DNA from: the human T2T-CHM13v2.0 reference genome, Homo sapiens
NCBI RefSeq assembly: GCF_009914755.1
Contig: NC_060931.1
Length of the DNA stretch: 64,000 bases
Direction: 5' to 3' (one strand)
A program made the translations under genes and the position numbers. Shown here piece after piece: positions 32,368 to 48,075 of the stretch (the first letter of the stretch is position 1; the number at the start of each line of letters is the position of its first letter). The notes below the pieces were generated by a model that worked only from the letters and a program-made list of their open reading frames with translations, was not told the origin of the DNA and made no database searches.

Positions 32368-33499
32368 AAATTTTTATTCTTAAAAAGCTAACTGCATAAC
32401 ATCACCCATGCTGGAGAATGTGAATATGTAATGAGTCCAGTGCAGAGAACGCTGGGTTCCTGTTTCCATCTACTCCAAGGCAGCCACATCCCTCCTCGTG
32501 CTACCACGGTATTCAGTGGGCAACAGGTATTGCTGCACGTGCACGGTTTACTGCCAACACCAAATCTCACTGTAAATTCAGACTAAAAAAATACGAGGAA
32601 CTCTCCACTGGTTTTTTGTTCTGAATCAATATAACGGTGTAAAATAGTTACCAGGGTACCCGGCATATACAAAGAGTCCTTAATCGTTCATTACAATAAT
32701 CATTACTGTTCAGTGGAGACTTTGCCATGCAGAATAAAATTTACTTTGACAGTATCATGTGAAGCCACCTTCAGCTGCTGGAGTCCTATAAAATGCATGT
32801 TCAGTCTGTTGGTCCACCACAGACTGAGTTTTCTCTCACTGGAAAGAAGTAGTATCCAGCCCATGGTCCGTGACCCCTGAATATTTGTTGAGCGATGGAT
32901 GATTTAGTGCTTGAATAGCTCCAGCAAAGCCCATGGCCAAACTGGTGAATGTGTAACTGGGAGAAACTCTTTCTAGATGTGGCCAGTCTTGTCTAACTGT
33001 GGTCACGTGATGAGAGGAGATGACAATGACAGAGATGAGGAACGGATGTCTGGGCTGGAGACAGAAAGCTTTGTCACCTGTCATCTCAGTTCTGGGCTTC
33101 TGAATGGTGACGGGGGTCTGTGTACACAGGATATTTAGAGGCAAAAGAAACATCCGGCTCTGGGCTTCCACCCGACCTTGCTCCCTGCCCCATCCTCCTG
33201 CCGGCCCAGGACATAGGCTGACTCGTAGCTGGAGGGCAGAGAAGGTCACCAGCTACAGATCCCCCACCAGTCTGGCCAGGACAGGGAGCTTTCCTGCTGG
33301 CCACCATCATCACAACGCTGTGTGTGTGCAGGTGAGACCAGCCCATCCACAGGCAAGGCACTGATGTTCCGTCAGAGTCTAGGTCATTTCTAGTTCACCC
33401 TATTAATGATTTGCTGTTCTCAATATAGGATATCTCTATCTTTTTCAACACAGCCCAGCATTTACTTAGTCATCCTACTTCCGACCTAAACAGCTGATT

Positions 33500-33670
33500 A
33501 TTTCCAATGCATCTTAAACACAGTGCTTTATGATGGCCTCCCTACTCAGCCTCATGAACAGCCCAATCTATAGATGAGGCAACCAAAGCCCAAAGAAGTT
33601 GCTTCATGTGCTAAGGTCCCAAATCTCAGGGAGGACTGCAGAGATGGGGTTTGATCCACAGTGACTATTT
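33500..33670 (-). mobile_element. MIR
   Basis: atagatgaggcaaccaaagcccaaagaagtt..aaggtc..gcagagatggggtttga. Confidence 0.6.
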
Positions 33671-33714
33671 ACCTATTACGTTACTTTTGTGCAATGCTAT
33701 TTCCAGTATATGCT

Positions 33715-34210
33715 ACATCAGTTAGAATTGCAATTGGCTGCTATTAACAGAGACCAGGGGCGGTGGAGCGGGGGGAACAAGATAAAAGCTTCTTTTCTTC
33801 TTTTTCATAAAATCAGTCTGGAGGCAGGGCATCCAGAGAAGCTATGGAGACTTGAGGGCCACTTGGGACCTGGGTTTCTTCTCTCCCACTGCTTTGCTTG
33901 TCCCCTCCGGATGGCTCCCACCCTTACAAGCTTCTCATGAATCAAGGTGGCTGCTGGAGATCCAGCTCTCAAATTGAGATTCCAGGAAGAGGGGGAACAG
34001 GTTTAAGGGGGCCTGGGTTGGAGCTCTGTCCATCTCTTAAGGAGCTATTGCAGAAATCTTGCCTAACAAACTCCACTTATGTGTCATTTGTCAGACTGAG
34101 TGGCATGCAAGTACCTGGGTGTATGGGATGCGGGTCTGTATTTCCACTTAGAACTGCAATTCTGTTCCCAAGGGAAAAGGGAGAGTAGACAGGAAGGGCA
34201 GCCAGCAGTC
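33715..34210 (-). mobile_element. Old MaLR LTR (MLT1J/K-like)
   Basis: tcagttagaattgca..ggctgctattaacagagacc..caaggtggctgctggagatccagc..tcatttgtcagactgagt. Confidence 0.7.
33817..33855 (+). other. Candidate terminal exon ORF segment SGGRASREAMET*, within MLT1
   Basis: Acceptor cttcttttcttctttttcataaaatcag| at 33815-33816; phase 0 gives 12 codons then TGA. Confidence 0.35.
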
Positions 34211-34536
34211 TTGGTTACTTGTGTCACTTATATTTAGTGGCTTCCACAATGTGTACTCCTCTGTGCTTAATTCCAACAGAGCACTTTCATCCTTACGCTG
34301 TGGGATCCCATGCTTGCCCGCTCTAACCTACAGAGCGTGTCTTCTCTGGATGGGAGAGTGAAGAGTGGAGGGGAAACAAAGGCGTGAGCTTCTTTTTCCT
34401 GAATATCTTCTCACCATGAGCAGGCAACACATTAAGAATATGCTGGTCTCAAGGGCTCCTTTCTCCAGGATGGACACAGAGGGTTGCCCAGACTTCAAGC
34501 AGGAAGGCGTGGCCACTGCCTTCCACTGCCAAGATG

Positions 34537-34926
34537 TCTCTTTCTTTCTTTCTCTTTCTTTCTTCCTTTCTTTCTCTCTTTCTTTCTTTTTCTTTCTTTC
34601 TCTTTCTTTCTTCTTTCTTTTCTTTCTTTTCCTTCCTCCCTCCCTCCCTTCTTTCTTTCTTTCTTTTTCTCTCTCTTTCCTCCCTCCCTCCCTCTCTCTC
34701 TCCCCTCCCTCCCTCTCTCTCTTTCTTTCCACCCTCCCTCCCTCCCTCTCTTCCCTCCCTCCCTCCTTCTTTCTTTCTTTCCTTCCTTCCTCCCTCCCTC
34801 CCTCCCTTCCTTCCTTCTTTCCTTCTTTCTTTCTTTCCCTCCCTCCCTCCCTCCCTTTCCCTCCCTCCTTCCCTCCCTCCCTGCTTTCTTTCTTTCTTTT
34901 CCTTCCTTCCTTCCTTCCTTTCTTTC
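34537..34926. repeat. 390-nt polypyrimidine (TTTC/TCCC/TTCC) microsatellite, an expanded Alu tail
   Basis: Only two purines (A34731, G34883). Confidence 0.97.
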
Positions 34927-35197
34927 ACGGAGTCTCACTCTGTCGCCCAGGCTGGAGTGCACTGGTGTGATCTCAGCTGGCTCACTGCAACCTCCACATC
35001 CTGGGTTCTCTGCCTCAGCCTCCAGAGTAGCTGGGATTACAGGTGCCCGCCACCATGCCTGGCTAATTTTTGTATTTTTAGTACAGATGGGGTTTCACCA
35101 TCTCGGCCAGGCTGTTCTTGAACCCCTAACCTTGTGATCCACCCGCTTTGGCCTCCCAGAGTGCTGGGATTACAGGCATGAGCTACCGCGCCCGGCT
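34927..35197 (-). mobile_element. AluS
   Basis: Antisense Alu; TSD gatgtctc encloses the Alu plus the tract. Confidence 0.95.
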
Positions 35198-35440
35198 GAT
35201 GTCTCATATTTCTAATAGACTGTTTTCTGAGGGTTGATAGGGTTCAGGAGAGAGAGATGCGTTTCTCTTAAACGAGACAAATGAATGCCTGCAGGAATTA
35301 GGGCTCTCTACGAATCAGCGAGTTGGCTGCTGGGCTGCTGAGAACATGCCCTGGACTGGGGAAGCATCAAGTTTCAAAGCCCCCTACCCGCCATAGCTGA
35401 GTCCTCATGATCTTGGCCTCATCCTAGAAAATCATGACAT

Positions 35441-35920
35441 TCTATTTGTTTCCTATTGTTGCTATAACAAAGGAACACAAATTTAGTAGCTTAAGACGGC
35501 TCAACTGCATTGTCTTAGGGTTCTGGAGATGAGAAAGGCCCCCAGGGCTGTGCTCCTTCTGAGGCTCTAAAAAAGAATCCATTGCCCAGCATTTTCCGGC
35601 TTCTAGAGGCCATCCACATTATTTGGGTTGTGTCTCCTTCGCGCATCCTCAAAGCAAGCTGCACGGCATCTTCACATCCCTCTCCCTCTGTTCTCTGACC
35701 TCCGCTTCCATTGTGACATCTCCCACTCTGACTCTGAGCCTCCCTCTTATAAGGATCCTGTGATGACATTGGGCCCAGCCCCACAATCCAGGACAATCTA
35801 CTTCAAGACCCTTAATTTAATCCCATCTACAATGTCCCCTTTGCCATGTAAGGTGCCGTACCCACATGTTCTAGGGCCCAGGACATGGACATCTTTGGGG
35901 GTCATTATTCTGCAGATTGC
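35441..35920 (-). mobile_element. MLT1D-like MaLR LTR
   Basis: tttcctattgttgctataacaaa..gcttctagaggcc..ttgccatgtaagg..ggacatctttgggggtcattattctg. Confidence 0.85.
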
Positions 35921-36825
35921 AGAGATGTTGTGGGGATTCCCCTCAATTTCTCCTTACTCCTCATTCACTCCTTCACTTTAGCCATTTAAAATAATTAGTC
36001 CCCAACAAAGCCCATCTGACCAAGGGCTGTCCGCCTGGGGTGCCAACTGTGAGAAGGGATGTGGGGAGCAAGTGAGGGGAGCAAACTGGGACCCACAGAG
36101 GGGCCTCCATGTCTGAACAGCTGGCAGCAGGACAGACTTCCCTGCAGCCAGTGCTCAGGTCCTGACCTGGAGGGAGGCTTCAGCTCCCACCTCCATCCTT
36201 TCCCTCTTTGTACAAGCCCAGAGGGAGGGAACCATTCCTCTGCCTCAGTCACAATCTGACAAAGCAGGACCGTTGTGCAACTTAAATGCTCCAGGCTGGG
36301 CTTTGGGGTCTGCCAAAAGCACAGCTGACATTCTTTCATTGTTGCAGGGCAGACAGTGGCAACAGGGACACAAGGGCATCTGCCTTCAGCTCATGTTGCC
36401 CTTCTCTCGTGGGAAACACAGAACCAGCGGAGCCTTTTTAATGTTCAGTCTTGAGCTGCTCACAGTGGCCCAGCTTGTTCCAATTTCCGGGTCCTGAGCC
36501 ACAGGCTAAGGGTATGGATGTTGAGTATCTCCCATCCCCTGCCCTGTCTGAGACCATGTGAGGAACCTTTTAGGCCACACCTGTCCTCCGGTCCCATGAT
36601 GATGTTCCTAGCGTTTCACATATGCTGCAAGTTGCCTCAATTATGTGGGGGCTGGTCCATCTTTCACTTGGGCTTCACAGCCTTCGCCCTCCCTGGTTTC
36701 AGACCCTCATCTTCAGGTGTGTAGCAAGACTGGTGTCTGCATCCTACAGCCCATAGCTTTCCTGATTCAAAATGTTAAACCACACTTCCCCAGGCTCTCA
36801 CTGCAGCCTCCCATCCAGTCCAGAC

Positions 36826-36991
36826 TGTGGCTGCTCAAAGTGTGGTCCCCGGACCAGCAGCCTTAGCATCTCTGGAGAGCTGGTTAGAAAGTCCACAACT
36901 TTAGGTCCATGCCAGACTTGCTGAATTCTAATCTTCATTTTACCAAAAGCCCCAGGTGGCATTTGTGCAAATTCAAGCACGAGAATCACGG
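36826..36991. mobile_element. MER5A (hAT-Charlie)
   Basis: gtggctgctcaaagtgtggtccccggaccagcagc..gttagaaa..cattttacca..ccccaggtg. Confidence 0.85.
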
Positions 36992-37449
36992 CCTGGCTTT
37001 AGGAAACCATGCCATCTCCCAGAGTCGTACTTTCCTTGTCTGTAAAATGAGCAGTTGGATCAAAGGTGCCCTGAGTTTCCCCCTCTGTGGTGTCTTATGG
37101 CTCCTGTATGTGGCTCCACCTTTTGTAAAGTGTTTAACAAGAAACCGGCTCCATGAGCCTCACAAACCAAAGACTGAACAATAATCACATCAGTGGCTGA
37201 GTTGTTAAACTTCTAAATAGAATCTGACTTGTATGCTATACGATGTGTGACCGTAGTGAGTGACTTGGACATTTCTGGGGACTGCCCCACCCTTCTTGTG
37301 GGCCTAAGCCACAAGCCACATTCACACCTGAGTGTGAGGAGGCAACAGCCTCCTCAGGGTCTCTGCCTCTGCCTTCAACAAGCAGCGGAGAGCTCTTTGC
37401 AGAGCCCACACGGACAGAGCCTGAGTCCCTCCACCAGACCCTCCCCCAC

Positions 37450-37880
37450 CTGCTGCCCCTTCTCACTTGCCCTTGCCTCCAGCAGCCTGGCCTTGGCTGG
37501 CCTTTGACCTCAGGTCCTCGGGCCTTTGCAGGTCATCCTGTGGGCCTGAGACATTGCCCCATAGCCCCAGCCTAGTCTGCTCTCCCAGCCCCCTCAGGTC
37601 TCTGCTCAAATGACACCATCTGCAGAGGCCTCTCTGGAGCAACTTATTTGATGCTGACACTTGCTTTCCACTAGCCCACACCACACTCCTGGTCCCTTTT
37701 GCCTTCCTCTAATTTTTCATTTTTCCATAGCAATTCCCACCTCCTAAGATGATGCAGCATTTACCTCCTGTGATGATGGCTGTTGCCCCACAAGGACAGG
37801 GATTCTCGTCAGTTTCAGTTCCCAGATGTTCCCCAGCATGGTAAATGTCTGGCACAGAGCATACACAGTATTTTTGGGAG
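37450..37880 (+). mobile_element. L2 3' region
   Basis: caggtctctgctcaaatgacacc..gaggcct..ccccagca..gtctggcacagag. Confidence 0.7.
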
Positions 37881-38729
37881 GAACACACTTCTTATTCCTC
37901 AAAGTTTCAGGGAACAGGCCCCATCAGGTGCCTCTGTATCCCCAGGTGATGCCCAAGGGAGGCTGAGGGCTGAAGAGTGGCATTCTCCCGATGTCCTGAC
38001 CTGGGCCACAGTGGGGACGGGAAGCCCTCTGGTATGGAGACTTTCACTGAACTAAACACAGCCTGGGTGGACCGGCCCAGGCCTGATGTGGTGTCCTCCT
38101 TGCCTCTCGCTCTGACCCACGCTGGCCTCCCCTTGAAGCTTGCCTGCCCTGAGCCTTGAGGATCTTTTCCTTGTTGCTGGGGCTTCTCTGCCTCCAGTTC
38201 TTTCTCTGCAGTGTTCCCTCAGCAGGAGGGCTCCTTATTTTCTCTATGGCTTTCTTATGCAACACAAAAGAACCGGCTCCTTAGCGCAATGAGAGGACGA
38301 GAGGATGGTCACTTTGGGAGACTGGCTGTGCGGCTTTGATACATGGTGGCTCCTGGGAACATCAACCAGGAGGGCTGCGTTTTTATGTTTATTAATTTTA
38401 TTTACTTATTTTACTTCTAAATCTCATCTGTGGCTTGACAGGGAACTAAACAGCTGGACTCAAAAGTCCAGCCCCTGCCCCCCGCCCCCAGTTAATCATC
38501 CGCAGCTGTGGGTACAGGGTCCCTGTGCCTCTGGGACTTAATGCAGGTGGCCCAAGTCCCGGGCACACGATCATAAGAACGGAAGCCTTACTATGTGGAA
38601 GCGGCATAAGCGTTACTCAGCAGACAGTTTATTTATTTTCTACTTGTGTTTATAAGCCCCTCCTCTGCAGAGGGGGCCTGGAGGCTGCTCAGAGGCCGTT
38701 GTACAGAAATGAAAATGTACTAATGTGTA

Positions 38730-38812
38730 CACACACACACAATGGAATATCATTCAGCTTTCAAAAGGAGATCTTGTCATTTGCAACAACATGGATGAAC
38801 CTGGAAGACATT
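38730..38812 (+). mobile_element. L1MA fragment B (sense)
   Basis: cacaatggaatatcattcagc..gtcatttgcaacaacatggatgaacctggaagacatt. Confidence 0.85.
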
Positions 38813-38939
38813 TTCATTAAAAAAAAGAAATGCCAAGTTAGACAGAACAAAACATTAAATATGCTCAAGGATCAAAATATGACCATGACGCTATTGCCAT
38901 TCTGCTCTGTTTTCTTTCAGTCTCCATGTAAATGCTTTG
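38808..38939 (+). repeat. Diverged direct copy 1 of a unique ~130-150 bp segment (copy 2 at 40838-40995)
   Basis: acattttcattaaaaaaa..gaaat.ccaagtta..attaaatatg..atcaaaata.gacca..cagtctc shared. Confidence 0.85.
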
Positions 38940-38941
38940 TA

Positions 38942-39579
<638 letters not shown>

Positions 39580-39602
39580 TACATGTAAATAACATGAATA
39601 AT

Positions 39603-39695
39603 GTGAATATATATCACAATTTCTTTGTCCATTCATCTGTCAATGGACATGGAGGTTGTTTTCATATCTTGGCTATTGCAAATAATACTGCAATA
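39603..39695 (-). mobile_element. L1MA fragment A (antisense)
   Basis: tatatcacaatttctttgtccattcatctgtcaatggaca..catatcttggctattg. Confidence 0.85.
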
Positions 39696-40040
39696 AAGCC
39701 TAATGGAGGTGAGGAAAATTCTCTTCCTCCTCAAGTCAAGTCTCCCCAAGCCAGGTCTCCTGCCCTCTACCCGCCCCAAACTGCCCCAGCAGGTGAGCTG
39801 CCACTACTGAGAAAGAGAGCCATCGCCTGCCTCCTGCCTTGACCCCAAACCAGAAACTCTCCTCCAGACTCTCAGAACTCTTCCTGTGTCCTCCCACCTC
39901 CTCCAGAATCAATCAGAAAGGTGCTCCTTTACCAACCCCTCAGCTGGGGCTCCAACCTCACTACTCTTCACTCTCAGTTCTTCACTAAGTTCCTCTCCAA
40001 AAGACTCTCCCATATAAATGTGTTAACTGCACCAACCTGA

Positions 40041-40409
<369 letters not shown>

Positions 40410-40837
40410 CTCTGTGGAATATTCTTAGACGGGGAACTGCCAGCTGCAGGATGTGAGCATCTTCAACTTTCCTAGATGTTGCCAAACGACTGTGCCCTGG
40501 CTATACTAATTTACGCTCTACCAGGATTTGGGGTTTATAGAATTCTTACAGGACCTGTGGTCTTGGACAGTAGCTAATCAGTTGATACAGAAATACTGCC
40601 ATGATCTAGGGGCATGCTTAGAATCTGAAAAGGTAGATTCCGGAGGAGAGAAGCAGTCTTTTGTACCGTAGGGATGGACATAAGGAATTCATTACCGAGG
40701 AGGTCATGTGGGTCAACAACATAAATAGACTCAAGAAAGATGAAGACACTCTCAGGAATGATCCGTGAGCAGCCGGGTCATTAGGAAGAGCTGAGCCCCT
40801 CTTTATGTCTTCTGTGTTTATTTTTCCCATTAAAAAC

Positions 40838-40995
40838 ACATTTTCATTAAAAAAATTAGAAATACCAAGTTAAATAGAATACAAAATTAAATATGTCTAA
40901 GTATCAAAATACGACCACCAGTGCCATGTTTTCCTTCCAGTCTCTCTGCAAATGTTTGCATAATTGAACCGTTGTATATAAACAACTTGATAACT
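40838..40995 (+). repeat. Diverged direct copy 2 of the 38808 segment
   Basis: See copy 1. Confidence 0.85.
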
Positions 40996-41120
40996 TGCTT
41001 TCTAATTCAACATTAGATCATAAATATCCCACCAGAATATTTATAATTCTTTGTGACCATTTGTAAAAGGTTTAAAACAGTCCAAAGATAGTTAGATTAT
41101 TTAGTAGCATACTGTGATGA

Positions 41121-41480
<360 letters not shown>

Positions 41481-41562
41481 TCAGAATTTTCTTTAGTAAG
41501 ATTTGCTGATATGGATTACTGGTTAAATGATCTAAACATCAGGTTAAAAGGCATGGTTATCT

Positions 41563-41856
41563 CTCATCATTCTCAGCAAACTATCGCAAGGACAAAAAAC
41601 CAAACACCGCATGTTCTCATTCATACGTGGGAATTGAACAATGAGAACACATGGACACAGGAAGGGGAACATCACACACCGGGGACTGTTGTGGGGTGGG
41701 GGGAGGGGGGAGGGATAGCATTAGGAGATACACCTAATGCTAAATGACGAGTTAATGGGTGCAGCACACCAACGTGGCACATGTGTACATATGTAACAAA
41801 CCTGCACGTCATGCACATGTATCCTAAAACTTAAAGTATAATAATAATAATTTTAA
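41563..41856 (+). mobile_element. Young 5'-truncated L1PA (L1PA3-like) 3' UTR
   Basis: ctatcgcaaggacaaaaaaccaaacaccgcatgttctc..G-tract..cttaaagtataataata; 17-bp TSD aaaaggcatggttatct / aaaagtcatggttatct. Confidence 0.95.
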
Positions 41857-41923
41857 AAAAGTCATGGTTATCTATTATGGTTCTTAGAATATATTGCCTA
41901 ATTGCCTTTGAAAATGGTTGTAT

Positions 41924-42222
41924 GGCCAGGTGTGGTGGCTGACGCCTGTAATCTCAGCACTTTAGGAATCCAAGGCAGGCAGATCACGAGGTGAGGAGTT
42001 CAAGACCAGCCTGGCCAATATGGTGAAACACTCTCTCTACTAAAAATACAAAAATTAGCTGAGTGTGGTGGTGCACGCCTGTAGTCCCAGCTACTAAGGA
42101 GGCTGAGGCAGAAGAATCCCTTGAACCCGGGAGGTGGAGGTTACAGTGAGCCAAGACTCCAGCCTGGGTGACAAAGTGAGACTCCGTCTCAAAAAAAAAA
42201 AAAAAAAAAAAGAAAGAAAGAA
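41924..42222 (+). mobile_element. AluSg-like
   Basis: Alu consensus with short right-arm deletion. Confidence 0.95.
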
Positions 42223-43088
42223 AATATTTACACTGATTTATAAGTCTACCAGCATCATATGTGTTTCCCTGAGTTTACCAGCTTTAGGTATTATATTATT
42301 TTTAAAGTTTTGTTAATTTGATAGACAGTGAAATAACCTAATTACTTTGATGTTTATTTCTTTAATCACTAGTAGGGTTGAACATTTTCCCATATGCGTG
42401 TTCCCTAATTCTTTTTCTTCTGTTGGGAATTATCTGTGCCTATTGCTCACCTGTTTACAGGATCTTGTTAATTTTCATAATTTATATGAGCTCTTCGTGT
42501 AACAAAAATACCAAGCTGCTACGGGAATGCCGGCACCGTGGCTGAAAAACAGCACACGTGGTTAGCGCTGCCGGCTGGCCTTACCCAGGGGAAAACGTCC
42601 ATGTACTTCTTTCTGGGTCGTCCTCTCCTTCCTAGGGCTCTCTCTGCATCAGAGTCACCCTTTCTGAGCGAGGTCATGTTTGTTTTACTTTTCACAACAA
42701 TTTATTAAAATAAATGAGTCTGCTTTTACTGACAGCCCACTTCCTCCCTTTCCCCCCAAAGAAAACACAGAGAATCGGCAAATCTGGCGCTAGCAAGGAG
42801 CTTGCCTGCTGGCTGTGCCTGGAGACCCTCCGCAGCTTGTTAATCAGCCCCAAACGAGGTGCCAGCGCCCAGATCCCGTGCTGTCACACAGGCGGAGTCA
42901 GGTTACAGTGGCAGGGCAGCTTGAACTGGGAGCCCTGGACGCCCAGAGGGGTGGAGGTGGAGGTGGTGGGTGAGGCTGGGGGAGCTCTTCGGCCCTGGTT
43001 GAGGGGAATGATGGATGGAAGGGTTGAGGAAGAGATTAGTGGCTATGGGACGCGGAATGGCCTCCGTTCTACGTGGTGCCGCACTTTA

Positions 43089-43420
<332 letters not shown>

Positions 43421-43849
43421 TCACATGATCCTTACGACTACATTGTATACCTTATAAACTGGGCTATCTGATCCATTTCCTGGGTAGGGAAGCTGAGTCT
43501 CAGGGAGGAGGGGTGCCTTACCCACTGTCTCAGAACCAGGGTTCCCCCCCGAGCAGGGACCTGGTCCAGCCGAGCCTTCTCATGCCGGCAGAAGAGAGGC
43601 TGCACCAGGGCGATGTTCATAGGCCTGAGAAGACTGCAGCTCTGGACCCATGGTAGTAACATTAAAGGACGACAGCACGCTGCAGCCGGCCAAGCCCTAA
43701 AGTGTTCTGAGTGAAATTTCTCATTTCCAGCCCAAAAGTTTCACCCATTTTGTATAGAATGAAGCAAAATAACTAAGAAATGCTGGAAAACTGGTCTTAT
43801 TGAGGATAAACTTAATTCATATATTCATCCATTCAGCAAATGATGATTT

Positions 43850-45060
43850 TTAAATGATATATTTTAAAGTACCACACAGTAATATTAGCTTTCTGTGTAG
43901 AGTTCTATGAATTTGAGCATATGTATAGATTTATATGACTGCTATGGTAATCAGGATACAGAACCGCACCTGACCCATAAACCCCCCTCACACTATCCTT
44001 TAGAGGCACCCCTACCCCAATCGCTGGCAACCACTGAGCTGTTCTGTGTTGCTATAATTTTGTCTTTTCCAGAATGTCATGTCAATGCAATAACATCTAT
44101 TGAGACTGGCCTCATTCACATAGCATAATGTCTTTGAGATTCTTCTTGCTGCATATAGCAATAGTCCTTTGCTTTATAGAGCTGATAGTATTCCACTGTA
44201 TGGATGTAACATGCTTTCAACCACTGGAGGACTTTTGTGTTGTTTCTAGTTTTGGGTGATTATGAATAAGGCTGCTATAAACATTTGTGTCAGACTTTAA
44301 ACACCCTAAATTTCTTTAGGTTATTTCTTTAAGGTAAATGCCTAGTAGTGGGATTCTTGGGTCATATGTTAAGTGTATGCTTAACTTTATAAGAAAGTGC
44401 CACATTATTTTCCAGAATGGCTGTACCATTTTGTATTCTCACCAACAATATAGAGTTGTCAGTTGTTCCACACCCTCACCAGCACTTGATATCGTCAGTA
44501 TTTATCCCAGCCACTCTAATGGGTATGTAATATCCCACTGTGGTTTAATTCACATTTCTTTAATGGCTGATGATGTTGAACATCTTTTTATGTGCTTATT
44601 TGCCACCTGTAGTAAAAAGACCTGGATATTTTGGTGGAGTAAAAAGACCTGGGTACTTTGCTGAAGTATCCAAGTCTTTTTACTACTTTTCTTTTTTCTT
44701 TTTTTTTGAGACAGAGTCTCACTCTGTCACCTAGGCTTGAGTGCGATGGCTCAATCTCGGCTCACTGCAACTTCTGTCACTCAGTTCAAGCAGTTCTGCC
44801 TCAGCCTCCCAAGTAGCTGGGATTACAGGCACCCGCCACCATGCTCAGCTAATTTTTAGTATTCTTCATAGAGATGGGGTTTTGCCATGTTGGCCAGGCT
44901 GGTCTTGAATTCCTGACTTTAGGTGATCCACCTGCCTTGGCCTCCCAAAGTGCTGGGATTACAGGTGTGAGCCACTGCATCTGGCTGTCTTTTTACTACC
45001 TTTCAATTGGGTTGTTTGCTTTCTTTCTGTTGAGTTTTGAGAATTCTTTACACATTCTGG
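43850..45060 (-). mobile_element. L1MC/MB-type 3' region, interrupted by Alu
   Basis: ctggcaaccactga..ttttccagaatgtcat..ttccagaatggctgtaccattttg..gatgttgaacatctttt. Confidence 0.85.
44686..44986 (-). mobile_element. AluS
   Basis: Antisense Alu; TSD-like gtctttttacta. Confidence 0.94.
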
Positions 45061-45659
45061 AGTAGTTTCCCTGATTTGCAAATGCTGCTTGATGGTTCCC
45101 AGGTGCCAGAGCAGTGCTGGGTATGGAAGCTGTAGCCCAAGTGAAGATGGCCTGCAGGAGCCTCCTGACAGGGCTGAGGCCAGCCGGCCAGCAAGCTGTT
45201 GTTACCTCTGAGTGGGCTGAGGGCACACAGGACATGTCTGCTCCAGCCTTGAGTGTCCAGCATGACTTTCCAGATGAGGCGTTCCTGAGCCAGGGTTTAT
45301 CCAAACTCCTTGCCCAGTTGTCTGTGGTTATTCCACTTCCACAGGTCTCATTGGTTCCTTGCCCCACTCCGGCCAGGCTGCACACTCGCCAGTCCTCCGT
45401 CGCAGTGATCCACCTCTCGCCTGGGCAGGAATCAGTGCTCAGCCCTTACCTGAGTGCATTGTCAGCAGCACCCCACTCCATTTCTGGCTACGCCTGTCCT
45501 GGCACACTTTCTTTCCCAGCCTTCTTTCCCTGCCTGCACACCCTCCTGATGCTTCTTCCATCTCCTCCGTTGCTCTTTCTGCATCTCCTTTGTAGGAGGC
45601 GGTGGTCTTCTCCAGAAGAACCCTGAATGCACAACTGTACTCAGATTTCTGTCTTTAAT

Positions 45660-46830
<1,171 letters not shown>

Positions 46831-46879
46831 GAGAGAGAGTGCTGCTGGTGGGTCGCCGTGGATTACTATGCCTGGATCC

Positions 46880-47240
46880 TGGGTAATAGAGAGGGAGGAA
46901 AGGAAAGCCAGGTTCTGGTGTGAAGGGCTTAAAGCAGAGTATGAAAGTCGGATTTTTATTCTTGGAAATTAACTCTGGATACTGATTGGAAAATGGACTG
47001 GAGTGGCGAGATCTGAGGAAAGGAGACAAGTTAGGAGAATGTTATAAAATTCCTGGGGAAAGGTTGTGCTGCTTTAACTGCAGTATTTGAAATAAAGACT
47101 AAGATGAGGGGGCAGAGTCCAGAAATAACAAGGAAGATACATCTATGGGATATTTTGGGTAGGAGATATGAAATCAAGGATAACACCCAAGTTTCCTTCT
47201 TGCCAAATCAGGGTCACAGTGGTGTCCATCCCTGAGAGAG
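46880..47240 (-). mobile_element. L2 fragment (antisense)
   Basis: gaagggcttaaagcag..ggaaaatggactggag..ggagacaagttaggag..aatcaaggataacacccaagtttc. Confidence 0.55.
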
Positions 47241-47544
47241 ATGGCAGGAAGAGGGAGAGGATGAGTGGGCCTAGGAGGCAGGCTGGCAGAGATTCCCAGT
47301 GGGCCTGAGGGTTCCCAGCCAAGCAAGCAACTCCGCCCAGTGACCCCTGGACAGGAAGGGTGGGTTACTCAAGGGCAATTGATAGGTTATATATTTGATC
47401 TAGCTTGGAGGATGTTAAATCTTATATTTATAGGGAGAATTTTAAGTACCTGATTCTCTTAGGGGGACAATACATTCCTTAGCAACAGCTTTTTCCCATA
47501 TTCTCTTTTTTTAAATTAACAGACTCATTTTTCTTTTTTAGCCT

Positions 47545-48075
47545 ATTGCTGTGATTGATTACACTAATTTATTTTTGAATGTTGAACCAGACATGCATAC
47601 CTGAAATAACTGCCTTTTGGTCATAGCATGTAATTCTTTTTATATGTTGTTGGATTTGATTTGTTAATATTTTGATGAGGATTTTTGCATCAATGTTTAC
47701 AGGAGATATTGGTGTATAGTTTTCCTTTCTTGTAATGCCTTTGTCTGGTTTTAGTATGAAGGTAATGCTGGCCTCATGGAACGTGTTAGGAAGCATTACC
47801 TCTGCTTCTATTTCCTGGAACACATTATAAAGAATTGGCATAATTTTTTTCTTAAGTGTTTAGTGAAATTTACCAATCAACCATCTGGGCTCAGCGATTT
47901 CTCTTTTGGAGGTTATTAATTATGCATTCAATTTATTTAATATAGGTCTATTTGGATTATCTATTTTTAATGAGTTTGATAGATTGTATCTTTCAAGAAA
48001 TTGGTCCATCTAAGTTATCAAGTTTGTGGGCATAGAGTCGTTCGTAATATTCTTTTACTATCCTTTTAATGCTCA
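47545..48075 (-). mobile_element. Old L1 ORF2 fragment (start of RT region)
   Basis: Peptide LPNTFHEASITFILKPDK..KENYTPIS..NIDAKILIKIL..QQHIKR..GMHVWFNI matches L1 ORF2p. Confidence 0.92.

Noticed and set aside
34328-35137. Six long ORFs (134-217 aa) rich in S/F/L/P or E/R/K/G
   Set aside because: Stop-free translations of the polypyrimidine microsatellite plus Alu
44611-44664. 27-bp two-copy tandem duplication (agtaaaaagacctgg...)
   Set aside because: Ordinary slippage duplication inside an old L1; similar trivial duplications at ~24250, ~27080, ~60063 and ~60405
45114-45626. 170-aa + strand ORF; likewise the 176-aa ORF at 56382-56912
   Set aside because: Non-ATG starts, no homology I recognise, no supporting exon structure
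47569-47841. Reverse-transcriptase-like ORF
   Set aside because: 90-aa remnant of an old L1 ORF2 with no catalytic YADD region
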